NCBI GenBank assembly: GCA_965207065.1
Contig: OZ242260.1
Coordinates: forward strand, 3,040,001-3,104,000
DNA: 64,000 nucleotides
Source: a bacterium
GTDB taxonomy: Bacteria; UBA8248
Direction: 5' to 3'
Shown: piece by piece, positions 30,397 to 38,908 of the stretch
Layout: each line of letters starts with the position of its first letter
Position numbering within the stretch: the stretch's first letter is position 1
The notes under the pieces: generated by a model
The model's input: only the letters and a program-made list of their open reading frames with translations
What the model was told of the DNA's origin: nothing
Database searches by the model: none
Position numbers and translations under genes: made by a program

Positions 30397-31503
30397 GTGT
30401 TTGATACCCAGGTGGTGAAGTTTCAGATGTCGGGACCCGAGGACGTCTCGGGCCTTGCGGATGCAGTGGCGGAAGGCCGAATTCAGGCGGCGGACATTCA
30501 GGCCATCATCGCCAAGACGGAGGGAAACGGCCGGGTGAACGACTATTCGAGGCCCTACGCGCTTCATTCCTTCGAGGATTACATGATGGAAAACTTGGGC
30601 CTCTCCCGCGACGAGGTGCAGGGCATGTGCGCGATGGTGATGTCGGGCGGATGCGAGGGGGTCATGAGTCCCCACGCGGTGGCGTTTTCCAAAACCGACG
30701 TGGGCGACGCCGAAAGCCCCGGGGAGAAGCGCCTCTCGATGGGAGTCGCCTTCACCCGTGAGCTTCTGCCCGAGGAACTGGGCACGATGGCGCAGGTGGA
30801 CTTGGTGGCCGAGGCGGCGGAGGAGGCGCTCGAGCGAGCGGGCGTGGATTCGCTGGATGACGTGGGCTACGTGCAGGTGAAATGCCCTCTGCTCACGTCG
30901 GACCGCATCAACGACGCAGCCTCGCGCGGCAAGAAGGTGGTGAGCACGGACACCACGCGCTCGATGAGCCTCTCGAACGGCTGCTCGGCCCTGGGCGCTG
31001 CGGTGGGCATCGGGGAGATTGCCCGCGATTCGTTCGAGATAACCGACGTGTGCAGCCGGGGTGATCTCTATTCCGAGATGATCTCCTGCTCTGCGGGCGT
31101 GGAACTCATGCGCTCTGAAGTCGTCGTACTGGCGAATTCCGCGCAGTCGGTGAGCCGCTATAAGATTGGCCGGGCTGTGATGCAGCACTTGATCGACGCG
31201 GACGCCGTCCGTCAGGCGCTCAAAAACGCGGGACTGGCTTTCGACGGCCTGCCGGGTGCGGAGGATTTGAGCAGAGTGGTGCACGCGTTCGCGAAGGCGG
31301 GCGCGCCCTGGGACGGCAGGCTTCTGGGCAAGCGCGTCACGCTGCTTACGGATTCGGTTCTGGGTACGCGGCCCGTGCGCGCCGTGGCGAACGCGGTCAT
31401 CGCATCGGTGGTGCAGGACCCGGCGGTTTACGTCTCGGCCGGCCTCGTCTTCCACCAGGGGCCGGTGGGCGGAGGGGTGGTCTCCGCCATCATCGAGGCG
31501 TAA
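30397..31503 (+). CDS. Ring-opening cyclic amide hydrolase (cyanuric acid hydrolase AtzD/barbiturase family)
   Basis: KTEGNG.VNDYSR, MSGGCEGVMSPH, VQVKCPLLT, SCSAGVEL, HQGP.GGG; GAGGAGG RBS before GTG. Confidence 0.92.
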   Translation: MFDTQVVKFQMSGPEDVSGLADAVAEGRIQAADIQAIIAKTEGNGRVNDYSRPYALHSFEDYMMENLGLSRDEVQGMCAMVMSGGCEGVMSPHAVAFSKTDVGDAESPGEKRLSMGVAFTRELLPEELGTMAQVDLVAEAAEEALERAGVDSLDDVGYVQVKCPLLTSDRINDAASRGKKVVSTDTTRSMSLSNGCSALGAAVGIGEIARDSFEITDVCSRGDLYSEMISCSAGVELMRSEVVVLANSAQSVSRYKIGRAVMQHLIDADAVRQALKNAGLAFDGLPGAEDLSRVVHAFAKAGAPWDGRLLGKRVTLLTDSVLGTRPVRAVANAVIASVVQDPAVYVSAGLVFHQGPVGGGVVSAIIEA

Positions 31504-31617
31504 GAGGCGGGCGCGTCGTGCCGGATGGGCGGGTGAGTCGTCAATGAAAAATATGCGGATAAGTTATTGAAATGTATGGGGCTGAGATTTTCTCGCGCTT
31601 TTGAGGGCAAAAAATTC

Positions 31618-31646
31618 TTGACACGATTCCGGGCCTTTGCTAGGAT
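31618..31646 (+). promoter_or_regulatory. Sigma70-type promoter
   Basis: TTGACA (31618-31623), exactly 17 bp, TAGGAT (31641-31646); A-tract upstream. Confidence 0.7.
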
Positions 31647-31678
31647 TTGTTTGCACATATAGAAAGAGGAGGGCTGTC

Positions 31679-31774
31679 ATGGTAAGACGACTGATAGTAA
31701 CCGCCCTTGACGCAAATCTCCGGAGGGTTCTGAAAACGGCTCACCACCGGAAGAGGGTTCTCAAGAAACCCTAA
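31679..31774 (+). CDS. Putative 31-aa basic small protein MVRRLIVTALDANLRRVLKTAHHRKRVLKKP (or part of an sRNA)
   Basis: GAGGAGG RBS before ATG; own promoter and terminator; below the ORF-track cutoff. Confidence 0.45.
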   Translation: MVRRLIVTALDANLRRVLKTAHHRKRVLKKP

Positions 31775-31827
31775 GTTGACCCTTGGTGTTACCTGAAACG
31801 GAACATTGAGGGAAATTCAATAAACAG

Positions 31828-31860
31828 CAGGCGGCGTCGACGGGCGCCGCCTGTTTTTTT
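31828..31860 (+). terminator. Intrinsic terminator
   Basis: CAGGCGGCGTC-gacg-GGCGCCGCCTG followed by T7. Confidence 0.85.
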
Positions 31861-32018
31861 GTGCGTTTTTGGAGGAGGGGCGGGGAAAATCCCACTTCCC
31901 CGGCAGCGACGAAGCACCCCCGTTTTCCTCACCCGCCGGGAGGATGGCAGCCCCATCCCTCGATACGGCGCTGCGCGCCTGCTCAGGATGAGAGGCGATG
32001 CGCCGCGCGGCTCTCCCG

Positions 32019-32456
32019 TTATTCCCCGTGTCCGGGCGGGCGGCCCCGGTTCATCTCGTCGGGTTCTTCGGCGAATTCCATGCGGCTCTTGATGGCGTCT
32101 ATCGTGAAATTCTCCTTGTCACCGGCCAGCTCGGGGTTCCACATCGGGTAGAACACCTCAAGCGCCATTCCCGGCTCATCACTCACGAGCTTCAACGTGT
32201 GCATCGCGCCCGCCTTGACGTGCACCACGTCGCCCGGCCCGATGCGCCGCACATCGTCTTCGAGCGTGAACTCCCACTCGCCCGCCTGGATGTAGAAGAA
32301 CTCCTCGTGATCGGGGTGGTTGTGCATTTTCGAGGGCGTGCCGCCCGGCTCGGTGATCAGGTGCTGCATCTGGATGTTGTCGCCGAAAATACGCCTGTGC
32401 GCGACGCCGGGGCGGTCGTGGCTCAAGGGAAGCATGTCCCAGTTATAGAAACTCAT
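32019..32456 (-). CDS. Cupin domain protein
   Basis: HNHPDHEEFFYIQAG...GAMH; AAGGA RBS before ATG 32456. Confidence 0.82.
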   Translation of the reverse strand: MSFYNWDMLPLSHDRPGVAHRRIFGDNIQMQHLITEPGGTPSKMHNHPDHEEFFYIQAGEWEFTLEDDVRRIGPGDVVHVKAGAMHTLKLVSDEPGMALEVFYPMWNPELAGDKENFTIDAIKSRMEFAEEPDEMNRGRPPGHGE

Positions 32457-32699
32457 GGTGTATTCCTTCGCGTGAGAGGTAAAAACTATCGTTTTTGAGC
32501 GTGGGGCGCGGTGCGCCCGACTCGCTCTCATATGCCGACATTGCCGGGCATTCTAGGGGCAGGTTGCCGGGTAAGACAATCCGCGCGCTCATCCTCATGA
32601 AAAAAAGGTGGGAGAGACCGATCCGCATAGCCGTGCGCGCCGCTCTGGGATACACTTTCCTCCATTCGCTTTCTATTTCAGGTGTTATCGGGAGAGGAG

Positions 32700-34229
32700 A
32701 TGGTCATGCGGTTCTCCGTTGTCGGCGGTGAAGGCTTCGACCAGGGGACGGACGCCCTGGTTTGCCTCATGGCGAAAGACGAAAAAAACGAACAGCTCGA
32801 AAATATTCTGGGCGATGCCCTAGCTTCCTTGCGTGAGCGCAAGGTGTTTGAGGGGAAAGAGGGGCAAGTCTCCGTTCTGCCCGCGCCCGATGGCGGCGGA
32901 GCGCCCAAATTCGTGATTCTTGCCGGCCTGGGCGATGAGGCGTCGCCCGAATCGGTCCGCTGCGCCAGCGCTCTGGCGGCCAGGCGCGCGCGGGCCGAGA
33001 GCTTAAAAAGCGTCGCAGTTTCGGCCACCACCACCGGAAATGGGTTCGAAGCACGAGAGGCGGCCCAGGCGATAGTCGAAGGCGTGGGTCTCGGGCTCTA
33101 CCGGATGGACAAGTATAAGAGCGCGGATAACGATGAGAAGAATGAGGTCTCGCGCGTCGTTTTGTGCGGCGGGCGAGGCAGGAACCTGAGCGCGATGCGG
33201 CGCGGCGTACGCTATGGGCGCGCGCTTTGCGAGGGAACGAACTATGCGCGCGACCTCATCAACACGCCCAGCAACGAGAAGCGCCCGCCCGCGCTGGCCG
33301 ATATGGCGCGCGCGATGGCGCGCCGCGAGGGCTTGAGGTGCCGCGTGCTGGACGAGAAGCAGATGGCGAGAATGAAGATGGGCGCGCTTCTCTCCGTGAG
33401 CCGGGGCAGCAGCGAGCCGGCGAGCATGGTCGTCCTCGAATACAGGCCAGAGGGCGCCAGAAGCCAGAAACCCATCGCCTTCGTCGGCAAGGGGGTGACG
33501 TTCGACACGGGCGGCATATCCATCAAGCCGAGCGGCGGTCTCGAACTGATGACGACCGACATGAGCGGCGCCGCCGCCGTGCTGGGCGCCATGCTGGCCG
33601 TCGCGCGCTCGAAGCCCCGCGTGCCGGTAATCGGCGTAACGGGCCTCGTGGAGAACATGGTGGACGGCGACGCCACGCGGCCTGGCGACATCGTGCGCTC
33701 CATGAAGGGAACGACGATTGAAATCCACAACACCGACGCCGAGGGCAGGCTCGTCCTCGCCGATGCGCTCCACTACACGCGCGAGAAATACAAGCCCCAG
33801 TGCATGATCGATCTCGCCACCTTGACGGGCGCCTGCATGGTGGCGCTGGGCCAGAAGGTGACGGGCATGTACGGCACGCACGATGAACTGCTGGGGCGGG
33901 TGCGCGACCTGGGCGAGCGCACGGGCGACCGCGTCTGGCACATGCCGCTGTTCCCGGAATACGGCGAGGCGATGAAGGGAAAGTTAGCCGATATGTGCAA
34001 CATCTCGGGCGCGCGCTGGGGGGGAGCGAACACCGCCGCCGCGTTTTTGCAGCATTTCGCCGACGAGACGCCCTGGGTGCACCTCGACATCGCGGGGCCT
34101 TCTCACACCGGAAAAGCCGATCCCTACCGCCCCGAGGGGGGCACCGGCGTTGGCGTGCGGGTCCTCGCGGAGCTTGCGATGGGCTGGAAGCGCCTCACAC
34201 CCCAGGAGGGCAAGGCATACGGGTGTTAG
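32700..34229 (+). CDS. pepA: Leucyl aminopeptidase (M17)
   Basis: VGKGVTFDTGGISIK, DMSGAA, NTDAEGRLVLAD, DLATLTGA, WVHLDIAG. Confidence 0.93.
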   Translation: MVMRFSVVGGEGFDQGTDALVCLMAKDEKNEQLENILGDALASLRERKVFEGKEGQVSVLPAPDGGGAPKFVILAGLGDEASPESVRCASALAARRARAESLKSVAVSATTTGNGFEAREAAQAIVEGVGLGLYRMDKYKSADNDEKNEVSRVVLCGGRGRNLSAMRRGVRYGRALCEGTNYARDLINTPSNEKRPPALADMARAMARREGLRCRVLDEKQMARMKMGALLSVSRGSSEPASMVVLEYRPEGARSQKPIAFVGKGVTFDTGGISIKPSGGLELMTTDMSGAAAVLGAMLAVARSKPRVPVIGVTGLVENMVDGDATRPGDIVRSMKGTTIEIHNTDAEGRLVLADALHYTREKYKPQCMIDLATLTGACMVALGQKVTGMYGTHDELLGRVRDLGERTGDRVWHMPLFPEYGEAMKGKLADMCNISGARWGGANTAAAFLQHFADETPWVHLDIAGPSHTGKADPYRPEGGTGVGVRVLAELAMGWKRLTPQEGKAYGC

Positions 34230-34230
34230 G

Positions 34231-34486
34231 GGGGTGTTGAAAAAAAATCCAGGTTCCGTGATTTACATGCACCCGACCGTGGACGGGGAAGATATTATTC
34301 CTTCCTTGAGGGGTATTGCCGGTCAGGGCAGGGGAGTGTGATAGTTTGGTAGGGGCCGCATACATGCGGCCCATCCCCGAGAGGCGAAAAAGCAGGGACG
34401 CATGTATGCGTCCCCTACACCCCTTCGCATCATTTGGGGCTGAATTATATCGCCCGTAGCATGAACCGGGTTTTTCCAGCAACCTC
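34231..34486. repeat. MITE-like element with imperfect terminal inverted repeats enclosing an inverted GTAG-REP pair
   Basis: Left GGGGTGTTGAAAAAAAATCCAGGTT, right AACCGGGTTTTTCCAGCAACCTC; internal GTAG-GGGCCGCA-taca-TGCGGCCC (34349) and GGGACGCA-tgta-TGCGTCCC-CTAC (to 34418). Confidence 0.6.
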
Positions 34487-34522
34487 TTGGGGGGCAGCGT
34501 GGCGCGTAAATGAGTTTTGCGG

Positions 34523-35548
34523 CTACTCCGCGGCGAACGCCTTCGAGACGGGCCGGTTGGTGTTGTTCCATCCCGGGATGATGAACGAAGAGGGGCCGGG
34601 CAGGCCGCCGGCTACCAGGAGGGTTATGTCTTCGGGTTTCCGGATCATGGGCGTCATGCAGGCGTCGTCGTCGTGATCCACCCATTCGGGCCACTCGCTC
34701 TTTTCTTTCCCCCGGTAGCGTCCGCCGCGCTTTAGCAGCCCCACGGGCAGGCGGGCGCGCTCGACGAGGCCTTGCTTGGCGTCGTCCCGGCTGAAGCCGT
34801 GGTCCGCGAGAAGCTGCGCGTGTTCCGGCCCCATGACCACCGTTAGGCCCACGGGCGAATAGGCGTGGCGCGTGCCCATGGTGGAGATGGTGCTCGCAAT
34901 CGTGGTGAGCACGCCGTCCGGGTGATCGCTCGAATCATCGAGCGCGACGCGCGGGCCTTCCCCCGCGCAGGCGGTGACGACGTTTTCCTCCTTGCCGAAT
35001 CCGCGCTCCTCGGCCAGCGAGGGCCAGGGGCTGATTTCCTCGTTCTCGCGCAGGCAGTAGGCGAATTTGCTCGGGCTTCCGAACGTGCTCATGTCCACCA
35101 CGCCGGGAATCCCCCCGCCCAGGTTCAGGAGCATGAGCCTGAGCGCGCGTCCGATGGTCGCATTGGCGCGAAAGCCCGGCCCCAGGCAGCCCGTACCGCC
35201 GTGTACGCCGATCTCGCGGGGGTAGGGGCCGTTCATGACGATGAGGGGGCCGGCGGGGTTCATGGTGGCCTGGATGCCGTTCATGTTGAAGCTGGGGTCC
35301 AGAATGCAGGAGAGCGTGCATAACAGCGCAGGGAAGTATAAGGGTTTGCAGCCCGCCATGACGGCGTGGAGCGCCACGGCCTCCACAGTCGCGGGATGGT
35401 TCGCGGGCGGCACGTGGCCGATGAGCGCATCGGGCGCGTGGTTCGCGAGCATTTTGGCTAAGCGCTCTTCCGTTGGGACGACGACGGGCAGGCCGTCGGA
35501 CCAGGGTTGCGCGAAGAAATACTCGACCGGGTCAGGAGCGTCTGTCAT
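34523..35548 (-). CDS. Conserved hypothetical protein (WSDGLP / AVMAGC / RANATIGRA family)
   Basis: Long ORF with family-like motifs WSDGLPVVVPT, AVMAGCKP, GFRANATIGRALRL, ENEEISPW; function unknown. Confidence 0.75.
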   Translation of the reverse strand: MTDAPDPVEYFFAQPWSDGLPVVVPTEERLAKMLANHAPDALIGHVPPANHPATVEAVALHAVMAGCKPLYFPALLCTLSCILDPSFNMNGIQATMNPAGPLIVMNGPYPREIGVHGGTGCLGPGFRANATIGRALRLMLLNLGGGIPGVVDMSTFGSPSKFAYCLRENEEISPWPSLAEERGFGKEENVVTACAGEGPRVALDDSSDHPDGVLTTIASTISTMGTRHAYSPVGLTVVMGPEHAQLLADHGFSRDDAKQGLVERARLPVGLLKRGGRYRGKEKSEWPEWVDHDDDACMTPMIRKPEDITLLVAGGLPGPSSFIIPGWNNTNRPVSKAFAAE

Positions 35549-35554
35549 TTGCCC

Positions 35555-36469
35555 TTACGCTCTTTCGGCGATGGCGCGGGCGCGGGCGAGCACGTTATCC
35601 GCATGCTTCACCATGGCGATATCGATCATCTTCCCCTGAAAGGAGACTGCGCCCAATCCCTGCGCTTCGCCCTCGCGGTAGGCTTCGGCCATCTCGGTGT
35701 AGTAGGAGACTTCCTCTTCGCTCGGGGAGTAAACGTCGTTGAAGATCGGCACCTGTCTCGGGTGGATGGCCGCCTTGCCGGTATAGCCGAGTTTTTTGGC
35801 GAATTCCGCATCCGCCCGGCAGCCGTCGTCGTCCTGCAGTCGCATGTAGACGCCGTCGGTGGGGTGGGGCAGGGCTGCGGCCCGCGCCTCGACGAGCACC
35901 TTGCTCCGCGTGTAGAGGAGCGTCGTGCCGTCTTCGGTCCAGGTAGCGCCCAGGCTGCGGCACAGATCCGCATCCTCGGCACTGCCCAGGTTCACGCCCA
36001 CCACGCGGTCCGCCGCCTTGCAGATGTCGTAGCAATGCACGACGCCCGAGGCGCTCTCTATCTGCGCGATGATGCCCACCCCGCCTTCTTCCAGACCGCG
36101 CTCGCGCTCGTATTTCGACAGTAGCGCATCGGCGGTTCTCACGTCCGCAGCACTCTCCGGCTTGGGCAGAAATATACCGTCGAGCCCTTCGGTCATGATG
36201 GCGTCGATGTCCTCATCCAGCATGCCTGATTCCACGTCGTTCACGCGGACGAGGATGGTGGAGGGGCCGCCGGGCGCGCTGCTCGTCTCGGCGATGCCTG
36301 AGCGCACGAGTTCGCGCGCTGCTTCCTTCATCTGGGGGGCGACGGAATCCTCGAGATCGAACAGGGCGGCGTCCGCCTCGATGGTGGGGCCTTTCCCCAC
36401 CATCTTCTCGCTCGAACCGGGGATGAAGAGCATGGAGCGCAAGGGGGTATCGATGTCTGGTCTGGCCAT
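35555..36469 (-). CDS. CitE/malyl-CoA lyase-like CoA-ester lyase (HpcH/HpaI superfamily)
   Basis: LRSMLFIPG, DLEDSV, VRVN, LPKPES, IES, GYTGKAAIHPRQV, GKMID. Confidence 0.9.
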   Translation of the reverse strand: MARPDIDTPLRSMLFIPGSSEKMVGKGPTIEADAALFDLEDSVAPQMKEAARELVRSGIAETSSAPGGPSTILVRVNDVESGMLDEDIDAIMTEGLDGIFLPKPESAADVRTADALLSKYERERGLEEGGVGIIAQIESASGVVHCYDICKAADRVVGVNLGSAEDADLCRSLGATWTEDGTTLLYTRSKVLVEARAAALPHPTDGVYMRLQDDDGCRADAEFAKKLGYTGKAAIHPRQVPIFNDVYSPSEEEVSYYTEMAEAYREGEAQGLGAVSFQGKMIDIAMVKHADNVLARARAIAERA

Positions 36470-36551
36470 GGGATTTTTAATACTCCTTGTAGTCGTGTGG
36501 CCGCTCGCCGGACTTAAGGGAACGCAGGTTCCGGCTGCGGGGTTCCGGTTT

Positions 36552-37835
36552 TCAATAATCCAAAAGGGAAAAGTCCATGTTCTCGAGCGCATCGCGGACG
36601 TCGGAGACGAACCTGCCGGCCGCCATGCCGTCGTTCACGCGGTGGTCGAAGGTGATCGCCAGAATCATGACGGGCCGCACGGAGACTGAACCGTTCGGAA
36701 GGGCCACCGGGCGCGGCGCAATGGCGCCCGTGCCGATGATGGCCACCTCGGGCGGGTTGATGATGGGATTTCCGCCCAGCGTGCCCGAGGCGCCGAAATT
36801 GGTGAGCGTGAGCGTCCCGCCCCGGACGTCTTCGGGCGTGAGCGCGCCCTCTCTGGCCCTGGCGGCCAGATCATCGAGCCGGACGGAAAGCTCCACCAGG
36901 TTCATGGAATCCGCTGCTTTCAAGACGGGAACCACGAGGCCGCCCGGGGAGTCCACGGCAACGCCCAGGTTCAGGTAGCGTTTGACCGTGAGGGCGTCGT
37001 CTTCAAACGTGGCGCTGAAGCGCTCGTTGCCTTCGTTTCTGAGCGCGTGGACGAGCGCCATGATGAAAAATGGCGTGTAGGTGAGGTTTGCGCCGTGTTT
37101 TTCGCGAAACGCCTCTTTGTTCGCGTCCCGAAAGGCCGAAACGCCGCTCATATCCACCTCGAGCCAGCTTGTGACCTGGGGAATCTCGCGCACCGAGCGG
37201 GTGAGGTTTTCGGCGATCCGCTTCCTGACCCGGCTGAGGGGCTCCACGCGCTCATCCCGGTTCGCGCTGAGCGGTTTCGTCGACATCTCGATTCTGGGTG
37301 GCGCGCCGCCGCCCGCGATGAACGCCTCCACGTCGCGCGCGGTAACACGTCCGCCCGTTCCCGTGCCCTCTATCCCTGAGATTACGTCCAGGCCGACCCC
37401 GTGCGCAGCGGCAAGGCTCTGAACACGCGGAGAGAGCCAGGCTTTCCCCTCTCCTGAGGGACGGGGCGCTTTTTCCACCCGCACCGCCGGGATGACGGGT
37501 TTTACCCTCGGTTGCAACGGCGCGACTGGGGCCGCCCAGTCGCTCGCGTCCGAATCCGGTTTTTCGGGCTCGGGCGTCTCGTCGGCGACCTCGGTTTCTG
37601 TCTCCATGGTCGCCAGCACCTCGCCCACGTTCACGGTTTCTTCCGCTTCCGCCAGGATTTCCGTGATCACGCCGTCTGCGGGAGCCTCGACCTCGAACTC
37701 CACCTTGTCGCTCTCCGCCGAAAGCAGCACCTCGCCCTTCGCCACTGTGTCGCCCACCGTCTTCTTCCAGGCCACCACCGTGCTCTCGTGCACGCTGGTT
37801 CCCATGCGGGGCATTCTGATGCGCGCGGTGTACAT
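36552..37835 (-). CDS. 2-oxo-acid dehydrogenase E2 (dihydrolipoamide acyltransferase)
   Basis: Lipoyl ESDKV, E3-binding GTGTGGRVT, PIINPP, catalytic DHRVNDG. Confidence 0.92.
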   Translation of the reverse strand: MYTARIRMPRMGTSVHESTVVAWKKTVGDTVAKGEVLLSAESDKVEFEVEAPADGVITEILAEAEETVNVGEVLATMETETEVADETPEPEKPDSDASDWAAPVAPLQPRVKPVIPAVRVEKAPRPSGEGKAWLSPRVQSLAAAHGVGLDVISGIEGTGTGGRVTARDVEAFIAGGGAPPRIEMSTKPLSANRDERVEPLSRVRKRIAENLTRSVREIPQVTSWLEVDMSGVSAFRDANKEAFREKHGANLTYTPFFIMALVHALRNEGNERFSATFEDDALTVKRYLNLGVAVDSPGGLVVPVLKAADSMNLVELSVRLDDLAARAREGALTPEDVRGGTLTLTNFGASGTLGGNPIINPPEVAIIGTGAIAPRPVALPNGSVSVRPVMILAITFDHRVNDGMAAGRFVSDVRDALENMDFSLLDY

Positions 37836-37915
37836 GGGGCTCCCTCAAGCGTGATGAAGAAAATCGAAAATTTGTTTTACTCGAAAACTTAGGATTACGC
37901 CAGATGAGGCGGGGG

Positions 37916-38908
37916 TTAGAACGCGGCGAGATCGCGCAGTTCGTCTACGACCTTCTCGGTGCTGGGCAGGTAGGCTCGCTCGAGCGGGGGGCTGAGCGGC
38001 ACGTGGGCTTCGGGCGCACCGACCCGGCGCACGGGGGCGTCCAGATACTCAAAGACCTCCTCGCTCACGATGGCAGCCAGTTCGCCGCCCACGCCGCCTC
38101 GTTTTCTCGCCTCGTGCAGGAAGAGGATTTTCCCTGTTTTCCTGACACTTTCCAGGATCGCCTCTTTATCGAGCGGAACCAGGGTCCTGAGATCGATGAC
38201 CTCCACCGACACACCATCATTTTCGAGCACTTCCGCCGCTTCCAGGGCTTCGAGCACGGTGGTGCCGAAGGTGATGAGTGATATGTCGTCCCCCTCGCGC
38301 AGGGTTCTCGCTTCGCCGAAGGGCACAGTGTAGTCCTGCTCGGGGATTTCGGGCCTCAAGACCTCGGGCAGTTCGTTCACCGGGTAGTTATAGAACTTTT
38401 TGTATTCCATGAAGATGACGGGATTGGGGTCTCTTATCGCTCCCTTGAGCATCCCCTTGGCGTCATATGAGGTTGTGGGTGCGACGATCTTGAGGCCCGG
38501 CGTCCCGAAAAACCAGATTTCGGGGTTCTGGCTGTGGAACGGGCCGGCGCTGACGAGCGCGGCGGCCGGCAGGCGCAGGACGATGGGCACCGGCCCCATC
38601 TGCCGGTAATGGTTCCCGGCCGCGTAGTCCACGATCATCTTGTAGGATTCGGTGACGAAATCGGCGAACTGAAACTCCACTACGGGCCGCATGCCGCAAA
38701 GCGCCGCGCCGATGGCCGTACCCGTGAAGCCCGCCTCGCTCAGGGGAACGTCCACCACGCGGTCGCGCCCGAATTTCTCCATGAACCCTTTTGTGATGTT
38801 GAAGGCCCCGCCGCCCAGACCGATGTCTTCTCCCAGGAGAAAGACTTCCTCGTCTCGCTCCATCTCTTCCCACATAGCGGCGCTCAGCGCTTCGCGGTAG
38901 GTGATCAT
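37916..38908 (-). CDS. 2-oxo-acid dehydrogenase E1 beta subunit
   Basis: LGEDIG..GGAF, PLSEAG, RPVVEFQFADF, GPFHSQ, IDLRTL.PLD. Confidence 0.92.
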   Translation of the reverse strand: MITYREALSAAMWEEMERDEEVFLLGEDIGLGGGAFNITKGFMEKFGRDRVVDVPLSEAGFTGTAIGAALCGMRPVVEFQFADFVTESYKMIVDYAAGNHYRQMGPVPIVLRLPAAALVSAGPFHSQNPEIWFFGTPGLKIVAPTTSYDAKGMLKGAIRDPNPVIFMEYKKFYNYPVNELPEVLRPEIPEQDYTVPFGEARTLREGDDISLITFGTTVLEALEAAEVLENDGVSVEVIDLRTLVPLDKEAILESVRKTGKILFLHEARKRGGVGGELAAIVSEEVFEYLDAPVRRVGAPEAHVPLSPPLERAYLPSTEKVVDELRDLAAF

